From contig NC_057753.1 in assembly GCF_004010195.1 (NCBI RefSeq), positions 15,191,470 to 15,246,931 of the forward strand: a stretch of DNA of 55,462 nt, given 5' to 3'. The stretch is from Chiloscyllium plagiosum (lineage: Eukaryota). This document shows, in pieces, positions 12,098-25,255 of this stretch. Under the pieces are notes generated by a model. It was not told the origin of the DNA. It made no database searches and saw only the letters and a program-made list of their open reading frames with translations. A program made the translations under genes and the position numbers. Position 1 is the first letter of the stretch. Each line of letters opens with the position of its first letter.

Positions 12098-12659
12098 GAA
12101 CCAAACTGCTCCTTTAGCGCTGACTTTATGCTCAAACCGGTGGAATCGGGTTTAAACAATTACCTTTCTGTGTCGGGGCAAGAGAGCTGCAAATTGAGGC
12201 AGGGATAACAGTAATATCATTTTGTTGGCAGAGTTAACTCTTCGAAAATTTGAACTCACTTTAAACATATCTCCTATTCTCTGGTGAGAGTTGTACCCAT
12301 TCTCTGATGAGAGTTGTGCTAGACTTTCTTTTAGACATGAACTGAATAGGAATATGGAGGCAGATTAGGCGTCTTATCTTGGTTTGAATTTTCTTTTGCT
12401 GACGGTGTTATCACTGAAGGAAAGCCAGGAAGGAAGAAATTTTCAATCTTCTAAAGAAATTCTGAACAGCTGTAACGGTTGACTGTTACATTTGGATGCA
12501 CCGGATTCTGGGCTAACAGTGAACATGGTGTCAGTAAAACACCAGTCAGCACTATGTCACCATTGATTGAACTCACACACAAAGGGATTATACTCTCAGA
12601 TTATACCTATGGTCTGCCTGACCGTTTTGTGATATTATTTGTGGACCGAGGTTACTTTA

Positions 12660-12868
12660 ATGTGGAGGAGCCAGTGTTGGTTTGGGGTGGACAAAGTTAA
12701 AAATCACACAACATCATGTTAGAGTCCAACGGGGTTTATTTGCAAGCATTACCCTTCAGAGCGCTGCTCCTTCACCATGTCGTTGTGCTGATAGAGGAGC
12801 GGCACTCCACAAGCTAGTGCTTCCAAATAAACTGGCTCGACTGTAATCTGGAGTTGTGATTTTTACAT
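12660..12868. mobile_element. Second Penelope-like family, fold-back terminal fragment
   Basis: gtgttgg...acaaagttaaaaatcacacaac...|...gttgtgattttt inverted halves; homologous to 30663-30868 and 37502-37690. Confidence 0.7.
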
Positions 12869-13678
12869 ATGTTACTTAATTCATGTTCACCGCATTCAAG
12901 GTTTTTTCCACTATTTGATGTGGAATTAGCATGTTTACCTCGATATTGTTTTACATTCCGATTTTCATCACGCAAGCCTTTCAAAAATGAAATATCCAAA
13001 ATAAATCCTTTTCGAACTTTATTCTTCGTGACAAATGGGCGAGGTGACAGTTATTATTCCGATATTTATTTCATGACACTTTTTCTTTTCGTTCAACACT
13101 ATGAGAATGTCTGGCTTGGTCAACGTTACAGAAAATCCAACCAGGTGGCGGTCACCTGAACTCATGGTCCACTGCATTAGTTGAGGCTCAGTACATAACA
13201 ATATGTGAGGAGAGAATTACAGCATCATGATCAAGTATCAGTGAGGAACAACGACGCCATTCCAATCAGGATGGGAAATTGAAAGTGCCTGTACTTTTAA
13301 TTTCCTGTGCACCTTGTTAGGTAGTGTGGCTGCAGTTTTGTTCGGTTGTGTGAAGGAGTTTAGCTGAATTCTTGGAGTTAACTTTGATGGCGCAACTACT
13401 GTGGCTGAATCTTGGTAGTGAATGGTTTAAGTTGTTCAGATAATGGGCGGTGTGTAAATGAAGCCCGTTGCTTTGTGCGAAGTGCCTTCCAGCTTCTGAA
13501 AGTGCATGGCAGTTTAATGCAGCAATGTAAGTAGCGAATGTCTGTTAATATCGCTGGTTTGTATATTGCTCACAGCTATTATCTTTGGGAGTCAGAAAGA
13601 AAATAATGCTGAAACTCTGGAACCTGTTCTCCACTTGTCGTGAAAGGATGGGCATCCCGGTTCAGATGATTATATGGA

Positions 13679-13884
13679 GCCGCACACTAGCTAGGTGTAC
13701 ATGAGAGATCTGGCAGTTTGTGCCCTTCCCAAGTGATGCCTTCGTGCTTGTTAGAACGTTCTAATGGTGAAGCATTCTGCCAAATGACTAGACAATCTGC
13801 TGAGTGAGCAACCCGACAGGATCTGCCCTTTCCTTTTCCCACAGAGAATCGAGGACGCTAAGATACGTGCACCAACTGACCTGT
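13679..13884 (-). repeat. Near-identical direct copy of 11891-12097
   Basis: About 205 bp with only a handful of differences. Confidence 0.9.
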
Positions 13885-13889
13885 TGATT

Positions 13890-14120
13890 CAAGCCTCGGG
13901 CGAGTGTCTGTGTGAAGTTTACACATTGCCCCTGTGTAAGTGTGGCTTTCCTCCAGGTGCTCTGTTTCCACCCACTGTCCAAAGATGTGCAGACCATGCA
14001 AAGTTGCCCACACTGCATTAGGTGCATTAGTCGGAAGGAAATGGGCCTGGGTGGGTTACTCTTCGGAGGGTCAGCAATGACTTGTTGGGCCATTTGGCCT
14101 GTTTCCACTGTGTAGAAAGT
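13890..14120 (+). mobile_element. 5'-truncated older HE1-type SINE
   Basis: gtgtctgtgtgaagttt...gtccaaagatgtgcag...gcctgtttccactgtgta. Confidence 0.75.
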
Positions 14121-14390
14121 CTAAGCTAAATAAGATACTTTCTATGCTATGGCAGCGTATGTGAAGAGAGTTCATGTATACAGAAATACATTGCTTTGTG
14201 GTAAATTCGGGTCTCTCAATCTCTGGAAAGTTTACTCCTACTTATCCAGAGACATGAATTATCCAAGATATTCAAACCTATTTTCTCATTCTCCCCATGT
14301 ACGTATTTCCATGTGCATTAATGAAGTAAGTGCTTGAATCCGAATGTTGTGGATTATTTTCATAAAGCATATCGCAGCGCTTAAAATTGT

Positions 14391-14702
14391 GGGCGGCACG
14401 GTGGCACAGTGGTTAGCACTGCTGCCTCACAGCGCCAGAGACCCGGGTTCAAATCGCGCCTCAGGCGACTGACTGTGTGGAGTTTGCACGTTCTCCCCGT
14501 GTCTGCGTGGGTTTCCTCCGGGTGCTCCGGTTTCCTCCCACAGTCCAAAGATGTGCAGGTCAGGTGAATTGGCCATGCTAAATTGCCCGTAGTGTTAGGT
14601 AAGGGGTAAATGTAGAGGTATGGGTGGGTTGTGCTTCGGCGGGGCGGTGTGGACTTGTTGGGCCTAAGGGCCTGTTTCCACACTGTATGTAATCTAATCT
14701 AA
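14391..14702 (+). mobile_element. Full-length young HE1/V-SINE-type SINE
   Basis: A box ggtggcacagtgg, B box gggttcaaatc, central conserved block, tail ccacactgta...(aatct)n. Confidence 0.92.
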
Positions 14703-16359
14703 AAAATCATCCTCTCGAGATTGGAATGTCGGGTTAGAGTAACTAGTGCGCATAGATTTTATTGACGATCAATGGTCAATCCATTTACCCACAAATCACG
14801 GGTAAAGTGATACTGAAAGTGGATTGCATTTTATATTCAGAAGACTGAACTGGTATTTCCTTTGAAGCTGAGTTGTTGTCCGGTTTAGCCGAAGATATAT
14901 GGAAGAAGATTTTTAAAAAAATGCACATCAACACTGTTCAGACTAAGTTTTCAATTCTGTATATGTGAATACTTACAAAATTATTTTCTGAGCTGACATA
15001 TGAAGAAAGGAGGTTGATTATAAATTTATTAACATGAATTTTGGGGAGCATGCATAACAGCTTCATGTCTGAAAGAAACTTCAAAAATGTTGGATGAACT
15101 CAGGAACATCAATGAGGAGTGAAGCACATATAATGTTTCGAGTCTGATGCGATCACACAGAACAGAAGGTTAGAAAATAAAGGGTCACAACAGAGTTGCA
15201 ACTTTAACACTGTTCCTCTCTCCGCATGTGTTGGGTTTCTCCAGCATTCTTCAAATTTGTTTCAGAATTTCCATATGCACTTTTCTTTTCTGCCTTCAGC
15301 CTGGTGTCTCAATTGCTTTGGCTTAATTTGTGAAATTGTTCGTATTGTGAGTTTGACGACCAGAGGCAGAAGTCCTGACGCTGTAGCATATAATTTAATT
15401 AAAAGCATTCGGGGGTCAGTTGGAAGGGGACCCGATTGGGGACCGATGCAAGAATAAAGAGGTTGCTGAGAACCATTGAAAGAAAGGTTTCTGAATTTAG
15501 TTTGTGTAACTGGAGATGAACAGTCTTAGTGGCTACTAAGATGTGACAATAGATTTGAAAGAGAAGTAAATTTACTCTGGTTCTGCATGACTTGTTTCAT
15601 CGTGCGCTCTGCGTCCTTTCAATTTGTGAAACGGTGAGACAAATTGGATTGTTTTATCTAATATTTACTTACCTCGAAGTAACAACATTCTTTGATTAGA
15701 TGCCAAAGCACGAGATGGTGAACGGCTCCATTCATTATGTTTAGTAGATCTTTGTTAAATAATTAGGTAAGGGCATGAAATATGAAATTGCAAGTTGCGC
15801 AAACCATTTCAATATTCACCTCGTGTCAAAGTAATGAATAGCTGACTTCTTAATGCACTATTGCTCTTTTATAAATTCGATATTAGTCAAGAAGAAATAC
15901 AAGGATCACTTCCAGCGCTCCCACGTTCAACTCAATGTTTTCTATTTCACTAAGACTTCAATTCTTTATTCTCGACATTATTCTACGACTCGGGTAGATC
16001 ATAAAATCTAACTGATACGTTTTTTAAATGAATCAGTGAAGTAATATCAAATGGGAGATGAATGTATTGTTTAGTTTCTAAGTTTAGTAATTAATGTGTG
16101 TTCAGTTTTAATTCGCATCCAAAAACGACAAGTATTCTGCATTTTTGCTGCTGTCAATAATTTTGTTCCTTTATATTCCCTTTAATCGAATTACAAAACG
16201 TCTGTCAAATACAGATTAGTATTTGAAATCTAAATAAACGCTACAGTTAAAAAATGAAGTTCATGTCCCTCATGTGTAGTTGAAGCAGACTTGGAAATCA
16301 ACTTGCCATCTTGGTAGACATAACATTCAGCTTGAAGTAGGCAGTAATCTGTGTTCGAG

Positions 16360-17000
16360 AAATAATGTGCTGGCGCGGGAGAAGGAGCGGAGAAGGTTCA
16401 CAGCATTGATTCCAGAGAGGAGAGATTTGGCTTATCAGGAGATCTTGAGAAGACTAGGACTATACTCATATGAATTTAGAATAATGAGGTGTCAATCTTA
16501 CAGAAACATATACAATTATGAAGGGAGTAGATATGATAGAAGCGTGGAGGTTTATTCCACTGCGGGTGAAATTAGAACACGGGAACGCAGCCTTAAAACA
16601 AGGAGGATAAGATTTAGGAGTAAGGTGAAGAGAAAGATTTTCACCCATTCTGTTGTGAATCTGTGGAATCCCTGCCCAGTGAAATAGTTGAGACTACCTT
16701 GTTGGATGAAGTTAAAACAAAGATATATAGATTATTGAACAGTACAGGAATTCTGGGCTGTGGAGAATGTGGGCGGCATGGTGGCACAGTGGTTAGCACT
16801 GCTGTCTCACAGCGCTTTGGCGGGTCGGTGTGGACTTGTTGGGCCGAAGGGCCTGTTTGCACACTGTAATGTAATCTAATCTATATAGGTAGGTAAGTGT
16901 AACTGAATCCACGAAAAGACCAGCCATGATCTCATTAAATGATTGGTGGCGCAGTCTTGACGGGCCAGATGGCCAACTCCTGCTCCGAGTTATTATGTTC
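16360..17000 (+). mobile_element. Diverged CR1/L2-type LINE 3' region interrupted by a SINE
   Basis: RRFTALIP...LGLYS...VVNLWN motifs and a ggccagatggccaactcctgctcc tail. Confidence 0.75.
16771..16882 (+). mobile_element. Internally deleted HE1-type SINE
   Basis: Head (gggcggcatggtggcacagtgg...cacagcgc) fused directly to the tail (tttggcgggtcgg...aatctaatct). Confidence 0.85.
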
Positions 17001-18509
17001 TTTTAGCGGTGTGAAATGTGCAGGACGCTAATTGACTCTCATCTGATTCCACGCTGGACGGTATGTCCTCTGCAATGATTTTGAACACATACGTGTTCAA
17101 AATCAGCAAAGTTTATTCCTAGTTACATCTGTCTGAAATCGTGACGAACAGCTCTTCAGTCGATTTAGTTTGCATCAGTTCTCCCATCAGTTAGAGTGCT
17201 CACAATGATGCCACTGATCTGATAGGAATTTGTTGTTTTCCAAAAATCTCCAGTTAGTAAAGAACATCAAACATCTGATGAATGGATCAGCCTGCAAGCC
17301 GTTGTTTTAGATTTTTCCTGTTCATTTTCAACGACGAATTACGTTTTTAAAAAGCAATAAAGATTTAGCATTGAATTGTAAGGATATTGCTTACGCATGA
17401 TAAAGAGGTGAACGATCAGTCAAGCCGGTGAATGCAGTTCACGAGAGATGTTGTACAGCAGAGATTGAATAAATCACAGTGAGCGACCATCTATTAACAC
17501 ATGGACAGATGACCCGTGTCGTCTGATTGCTTGAAAGCATAAAGGAAATTATTCTGGGATTCAAAACAAGCAATTCGAGATTTATCGAATTTTAAAAATA
17601 AACTGCATGAGATAGTATTCTCAAGAAGCTAAAAATCATCAAACTGTATCGCACATTGGGAAAAAATTTACATTAATTTGAATTGAAAATGTATTTTGAT
17701 TCCTCTATCAGTTTCGGAGAGGAGGACAATATATTGTTAGTAACATCAATAACAGGGCAAACTCAGTAAACACTTGATTATTTCTTTTAAAAAAAGAAGC
17801 ACACAGCGTGTTCATCTCCATCCTGTCCCCAGTGCAGTTGAAAGTGGGTTAAAAATACTGACAGCAATAATTTGTTGGCAATGAGGATAGGCATTGGAGC
17901 AAATTAAGCAGTTTGTGCAAAGAGGTAGCATCGGCCCCTTGGACTGAATGACCTGCTTCGTGTGTTGTGACCAAAGAATGGTTTTTGGACAGTTACATAT
18001 TGAACTGCTTCTTTGTATGCATCATGAAACTTCCTGTTCCAGAATTGGGGAAATGGAGAATTCCTGCTGGATATTGTTGATGAGTGAATCTCGTGATGCT
18101 GTCGCCATGTAGATAGGGGAACATGATAAAGCCGTATATTAAAGATGGCCAACACTTAAAAAGTAAATATACTTTCGGGAGTTTGTTGCTGACGAAGCAC
18201 TGATAGTCATTGTTTATTTCATTATTGCTGATCGAGTAAAATTTCTAAGTTGCTGAAATCTTTGGACGGGGGTGCCTTGCATTGATAACTGGGGAGTATT
18301 GTCGCTCTTTACGGGGATCATCACAATGTTGAGGAAGGTGGCAATGCAGTGACGAGCTGTACAGTCATAGAGTTGGCAGCGTGTCTCTCTGTCTAGAAAC
18401 AATTCGGTTAACTTTAGAAGAAAACTAACAATATTTGATAATTGCAGTAATTATATTTCCTGCTTTTATCAGTTTTGCATGAAATGAGGGTGTGAAATTT
18501 CCAGATATC

Positions 18510-18730
18510 ATAAAGAGTCATAGCACGGGGATAGACCCATTGTCCCAAACTGTTCCTTGCCAACCAAAATGTCAATCCACACAAAACCTATTTCTCTGCA
18601 CTTGACTCATATCCTTCTCAACTGTCCCTACCCATGTAATTGTCCGAATATCTTTTAAATGTTGTTAATGTACCCACCTTAATCACTTCCACTCTAGCTT
18701 ATTCCATATACGTACCACCCTCTGTGTAAA
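18510..18730 (-). mobile_element. CR1-type LINE 3' tail
   Basis: cttttaaatgttgttaatgtacc...taccaccctctgtgtaaaa. Confidence 0.7.
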
Positions 18731-18846
18731 ATAGGATTATTTGGCAAACTAATGATAATTATTGCCCGCATTTGTTGCATTTGGTTTAATGGATTTCTAC
18801 TTTTAAATTGAATTGTAACACTTCAATTTTCATCCCTCTATTTCAG

Positions 18847-18879
18847 GCAGACTTGTTGAAACTCAGGACGATAGTAAAG
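18847..18879 (+). CDS. Putative 33-bp linker micro-exon of the SRCR gene
   Basis: ctctatttcag| ... |gtaaat, phase 1-1, open reading (C)RLVETQDDSK(E). Confidence 0.55.
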
Positions 18880-19614
18880 GTAAATGTATGTTATTTTCAT
18901 ATGGAGTCGAATCCTATATTCTGATGATTCCATTCAAACACGAATTTGGGCTAATTGTCTCCTTGCCTCAATGTTCAAGTTGAACAGTTGTTTGTTCATA
19001 ACTAATGGGGGTGTGTTCCTCCTGTAGGTTTCTCATTTCAGGGTTTTTTGGGAGGAGGGTGTGAAGGATCAATACCTCCTCACAGTTCTTACTCAGAGAG
19101 AGAGAGAGAGACTAAATACGTGGAGATACTGTGGTGTTTCAGCTACACACACAGTGCTGCTGTTGGAAATTTATATGAATTATCTCACTCACTATTGAGC
19201 AGTGACAGCATGATCACATGACCATACATCCCACAATATTTGTGGTTGTGGCAGACGGAAGTGCTGTTTCATGTTCAGATGTTCCCAGGGCGCATCAGTT
19301 GTGTTTTTGTCGCTATTCCGTGTTCAAACATCATATGAATGAGAAATAAAAATCTTCTCACGTTGGCCAGTTTAGAGGAATTGTTTTCGTGGAAATTGTT
19401 CTCTGACACTCGCTGTCTGTGAGTGAACATTTTTTTTTACAAATGACCCTTCGCCTTTCACCATCCACAAGACATATCCTGAGTTATGTTGCGATAGCAT
19501 GTATGTTTACCATGCCCTCACTCCTATTGCATTGTGAGAAGGGAATGCAGGCTGTAAATGGAGCTTTTACAATAATGCAGTGTTCACTTTGGTTGCTAAC
19601 TCTATATGTTACAG

Positions 19615-19929
19615 AGACTGTGAGGCTGAGACTTGAGAATGGGGGCAGTCCTTGCGCTGGCCGAGTGGAGATTCACTACAAGGGGCAGTGGGGAATTGTG
19701 CTTGATTATAAATGGGACCTGCCAGATGCTGCTGTTGTGTGTCGGGAGCTGGACTGTGGGACCGCGGTCTCTGCCCCGGGCGGGGCTCACTTTGGACGAG
19801 GATCCGGACCCATTGTGACCTGGAATGTTCAGTGCAGCGGGTCCGAGCGTGCCCTGCGGGACTGTCAATCATTGGAATGGGGCGACTATTCCCTCTCACA
19901 CAACAATGATGCGAGTGTCATCTGTTCAG
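19615..19929 (+). CDS. SRCR domain exon 1 (group B, 6 Cys), CD163/WC1/DMBT1-like receptor
   Basis: acag|...|gtaaaa, 315 bp, phase 1-1; RLENGGSPCAGRVEI...WDLPDAAVVCRELDCG...DASVICS. Confidence 0.93.
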
Positions 19930-20337
19930 GTAAAAGTCTACTGCCGTTTCTGTGCAATTTTATACAAGATGGTCCTGTTTGAAACCAGAAAGGGATATGT
20001 TCGTTAAATGACAACTGCCAATTAATAATTAAAATATTAATAATAAAATCACCGATTTATTTAGTAGCATGATATAATGTGTGATTATTTGAAGATAATG
20101 GGAGAGGTGAATACTCCTGTTACTGTTTCCACTACAGTGTCGCTTTCTGTAGGACCAGGGCCAGGAATCTGTTGTTGACCACAAATGAGGTCGACAGGCC
20201 TGCAAGGCCACACCGAGTAATGGAAGAAGTTCTATCCAGATGTGCCAGATCTATCATTAATCAGACACATGTTCATCAGTCAACAATGTGAGTTAGTATT
20301 ACATGATTTTTTTCTCATGCAATGCGTTTGTTTTCAG

Positions 20338-20652
20338 AGCACGTCATTCCGAGAATGGTGCCTGGGAATGCCCCATGTTTCGGCAGACTGGAGGTCCTGT
20401 TCGGTGACACTTGGAAAGCAGTGTGTGGCCTTGACTGGGATTTGCAATCCGCCAATGTGGTCTGTGCGCAACTTCATTGTGGAGTGGCCATGTCTGTTTC
20501 AAGTTCTGCTCTTTCTGGAGGCAGTACCGTGCTCATGGGTACGGAGGTCTTTAAATGCACGGGCAATGAGACTCAGGTGATGATGTGCCCTCGGTCTTCA
20601 AGCACTCACCGGATTTGTACTGGACACAACAATGTCACCCTGATATGTTCAG
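20338..20652 (+). CDS. SRCR domain exon 2 (8 Cys)
   Basis: ttttcag|...|gtgagt, 315 bp; PCFGRLEV...VCGLDWDLQSANVVCAQLHCG...TLICS. Confidence 0.93.
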
Positions 20653-22545
20653 GTGAGTACAGACGTACTGAAAGAAAAACAGATTCATTTCCACTTAATA
20701 TTTGTAAGAGTGATGACGCTGGGATTTCAGCAACAGTGACAAATCTCGACTCATCCTTAAGGGTTCTAGTGTAATCATGCATAAGTGTGATGTGATAACA
20801 TATATACACACAAATATTGGAAATTAAATATTTTGAAACGATATCATTTATATTGGGAAATACATTTCTTCAACCGTCTGCACTCAATTTATTTTAGTAT
20901 CAATATTGATTAAAGGTCGATCACTGACGATAATATTAAGCGTTAGTCGATGCAGATTCATTGAAGTGAATTCATGACAAGCCAATAGTCTATTCTCTGA
21001 TTCTCCCTGCCCCGATTATATTTTTGAACAATGTTACCAGACTGTTGGAAATCATTGAAGATCACTGTTCCCAACAAATTCTTCAACAAGATGTTCCAGC
21101 TCACAAAAACTCGTAGGCTGATAAATATTATCATGCTCATTTATTCACCATCGCATTCTGCACCTTACTGGCGATCTTTCTGATTATCTGACCTTTCACG
21201 TTGGTATAAATTTATCTTGCCTTCGTAACACATTGTGCTTTACAACGGTATGCATTTTGTCAGTAGTCTGGTTCACAACATTCGGATATGCAACACACCC
21301 TTTACCCCAAGCCTTAATATTACTGCCTGTTACTCTTTCGATGATCAGCTAGCCGAAAAAGGTCCAGTTCATTGCTTTGTTCAAGCAGTTAATATTCTCG
21401 CATACCTGTATGTGATTCAGCTCTATTGTTTCAAAACGATCCATTGCCTGTCCAATACACATTTGTTGAAAATAGAACCCTGTTCGCGCATCTATTCGAG
21501 TATGGCTTATCTGCATCTCCTCAAGCACCAGGACACACTTTATGCATTATGTGTTCCACATAATTTAACAATGCGTTTCTATCTTTCATATGGCATAAAC
21601 AATGGTTTGAACTCATCAATATTTGATACCCAGGGCTAATTTTGAACGGATACTCTGCATCTTAATGCAAACTTGGCAAAGTTTATGTCCCATTCTACCA
21701 AATGATACACGTTCGCAACTTATAATTGCCTTCATTACCATGACCTCGATGGTTGAATAAAGGTTGACATTATTGCAATTGCCTATTGCAGCCAGAGCCT
21801 GATGCACTGGTCATGATTTGGTCACCTGGACGCTCTAAATTTTATTTTACAAAATACTTTTCCATATAATAAATATCTCAGTTATCTCAATCTTGTAAAC
21901 TCCTTTGTTGTCCTTGTTAAGAAATCATCTTCAGATATAAATATATGTTGAATGCATTTGCCTTGTTAGCCGCACTGAACTGTTGCATCCCTGACGGGAT
22001 CTGTTATTTCAGTTGGCTGAGTGACTGGGTTGCGATGCAGGTGTTGCCAACAGTGTTATTTTATTAACTCCGCAATCCGAAGTTGCCATGAAGATCCTCA
22101 CCTTCTTAGCTAGTCCCTCAAATGACGAACGGCGAATATCAGGTTAATTCACCGCCAGTGTCGCTCTCTAACGAGTGAGTAACCATATGTTCATCAACAC
22201 TATGCTGACTTTAACATTACTGCATGGTCTCCAAAGTCTCTCTAAACACCACGAGCAGTCGGGACCAAAAACCTTATCCAACAAGGGACTGCAACATGTA
22301 AAACGTTGCGTCCTCATTTTCCAGATCAGAGATAGATGATAACAAGCAGTATTTTGAGAAAATACTTTCGGTGTGAGTGTTACAAATAGTTTCATAAAAT
22401 AAACGGAATTGTTTTGAAAAATTAAATCTATGATGTCCGGATGTTGATCTATGAATGGATGAGATTCAATCTATTTTATTTTTTGCATCTTGCTCCAGTC
22501 TTCAGGTATTTGCAAACATTTGTGTCTTAATCTCCTCCAAAACAG

Positions 22546-22860
22546 GGAACCGTGGACCCCGATTGGTTGGTGGGGAGAACAGGTGCTCTGGGCGAGTGGA
22601 GGTCTTGCACGGAGAGCAGTGGGTAACGCTGTGTGGTGTTTACTTTGGTTTACAAGACGCCAGTGTGGTCTGTGAGCACCTTCTATGTGGGACCGTAAAG
22701 TTGATCCCGAGAGATGGTCGATTTGGGAGGGGAGTCCTACCACCGTGGAAGGAAAACTACAAATGCCGTGGAAACGAGAGACGATTGTGGGAATGTCCAG
22801 TTTCACATGGAGAAAACTTCAACTGTTCACGTGGAAATATAGCCAATGTCATCTGCTCTG
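22546..22860 (+). CDS. SRCR domain exon 3 (8 Cys)
   Basis: aacag|...|gtgcgt, 315 bp; RLVGGENRCSGRVEV...DASVVCEHLLCG...ANVICS. Confidence 0.92.
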
Positions 22861-24550
22861 GTGCGTCATCTGCCACAATCGTTCTGTCACTGAACATAGC
22901 TTCTATGCAGTCAAAGTTCTAAATTATTTTATTTATTCCTTCATGCCGTGACGCTGGTGAGGGCATGGTCTGTTGGCCATTTGTTATGAATCTCTGCTTA
23001 AGCTGTGTACTAGGGCACTTCAGAAATTCCTTACCTGTTAACCATACGGTCAGTAATCCGCAGTCATATGTCGCTAGAACCAGTCAGACTTGCAGATGTC
23101 CTTCATAACGGAAACTTATTAACCAGATGAGATGTTAGGATAATAGATGATCATTTGACTGTCACTATCAAAGAGGCGAGTTTCAGTTCCAGATTGTTAA
23201 CTGAGTTTAAACTCCACCATCTTCCATTCGGGAATTTCCGACAGTTGCAGACTGTCTGAACCACCAGATCCAAGTTACGAAAAAAGAGTTTACGCTTGAT
23301 TTGGTGGAATGACTTTCTCAGTTGTGCTATTTGAATTTTCGGAAGTTAATGTGTATTAAATATACATTATTTTTAAAATTTCTGAACCTGTCCTAAATAC
23401 CATCCGAGATGACAATTACTTTCCTAAATCTCTGCATGCAACTGCCGCATTCTTAAAATGTCAAACCCCTGTCGCTTCAAAAATCCATCTAATCTGCCTG
23501 GTTTACTAATTCTGTTCGTACTTCGAAACTTTCTGTACTGTTTTAGAACGGGAATATTGCACTAACATTTAACCCGGTTGTAATTCATATATTTAGTCGT
23601 TCAGGGGATGGTGATGTCACCAGTGAGTCCAGGTTTTATGCTGTTGCCTGATTTATTTTCAACTAAGTTTTTTTTACACTCAAATAAATAGGATTCTGCC
23701 ACTCATGTGAGCCTGAAGACCTTGTAAGGTAGGTCAGATTTCGATACCAAATTTGATTCCCTGACAAACATTAGGAGCTGGATGGGTTTTGTTTTCAATG
23801 CTCCTTCATTTCCTGGATCACTGACTGAAACTAGGCTCCAATTCCACAGCATACATTTACCAACATTCCCCCAGCGAAATGCATAAACCATCTGAATTAC
23901 AAGCGTCAACACTTTAGCGACATGACATTCTTCACAAATGTCTCTGCAAAAATCACGTGTGTGTATCTTCTAAAAAGGTTTGGAAATGCAAATAGGATGA
24001 AGACCATTTTCAAAAGAAAATGGTGAACATCAACAGAAATGTTAGTAAGTGACATCCTCACGTTTTAAAACTTAGCAGCCATCCCAAATTATTACAATGC
24101 TTTTTATGTCATAATTCTCCTGGTGTCCTCAAAGAGACTTGTTCCAAAATCCCCTTTATCTTCTTGACCGTTGTCTCAGTTATGTTGGGGGGAATTTGCT
24201 CAGTGCAACGTGTTCTGCCGTCAGCAATAAAGATAGTGACAGCACATAAACGGTCAAAGCATTCTAGTGGTATCTGTAGACTGAGAATCGAACTCAATGG
24301 ATGAGGCTGTTGGCTCATGACGAGACTTTATTTTGCATTTCCCCATTGTCACAGAATAACAGTACTTTTACATTGACACCTCACTCAATTTGTTTGACAA
24401 AAGAAATGCGGTGGCAAAGATGAAAGTATTAGGAAACGTAATTGGACAGACTATCTTTATGATTAAAAATCATACATTTTCCTGTGATTGTCAATTCTCA
24501 AATATCAGTGTTCATTTCAATCGCTGTTCTCAGTAACTCTTATTTTGCAG

Positions 24551-24868
24551 ATGAAAATTGGGCGCTAAGGCTAGTGAATGGAGAAAGCCGTTGTGATGGC
24601 CGAGTTGAAGTTTACTACGAAGGAAGATGGGGTGGAGTGCAGGACACCATGTGGGATCAAAATGATGCCAACGTTGTCTGCAGACAGTTGGGTTGCGGTT
24701 ATGCCTTAGAAATGTATAACTCTTCAAAGTATGGGGAGAGTGATGGTGGTCCGTGGGTGCATGTTGTCCAGTGTAATGGACAGGAATCACAGCTCCAGGA
24801 CTGCAGGATCTCCAAAACATTGACTTCGTCTGCCACTGAAGGCAGTGCCGTGGGTGTCCTCTGTTCAG
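24551..24868 (+). CDS. SRCR domain exon 4 (6 Cys); gene presumably continues beyond the gap
   Basis: ttttgcag|...|gtgagt, 318 bp; LRLVNGESRCDGRVEV...DANVVCRQLGCG...VGVLCS. Confidence 0.93.
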
Positions 24869-25159
24869 GTGAGTAAATTCTTCACTTTTTAACCTGCTCA
24901 GAAATATCAAACCAAATAGCCTTCTACTGAGTAAAGTGAGAATGCACATTGCTTGCTTGTTAGTGTCACTCAGAGAGATTGTTTTTCTCTGGGATGAAAA
25001 CAAACGAAAGGCGGAGTAGTGTATTTGTGTGCGCGGGGGGGGGGGGGGGGGGAGTACAGATGGATGAATGTGAGAAATGAACACAATTTGGTTGTCAGAT
25101 ACAAGCATTACAGTTTCTTAACACAAAGTTGAAGTTGACACCCGTGCACAGGAATGCGT

Positions 25160-25255
25160 TAGTTCTGATGAAGAGTCAGTCGACTTGAAATGCTCACATG
25201 TCTTCCCAAAGAGGCCATTAAACCTGCTGAATTTCACCAACAAATTTCTAATTTT
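25160..25255 (+). mobile_element. Penelope-like terminal fragment with hammerhead-like core
   Basis: ctgatgaa-gagtc-agtc-gactt-gaaa. Confidence 0.55.

Noticed and set aside
14391..14465. tRNA genes
   Set aside because: The A/B boxes belong to SINE heads that continue into SINE body and tail; no complete cloverleaf.
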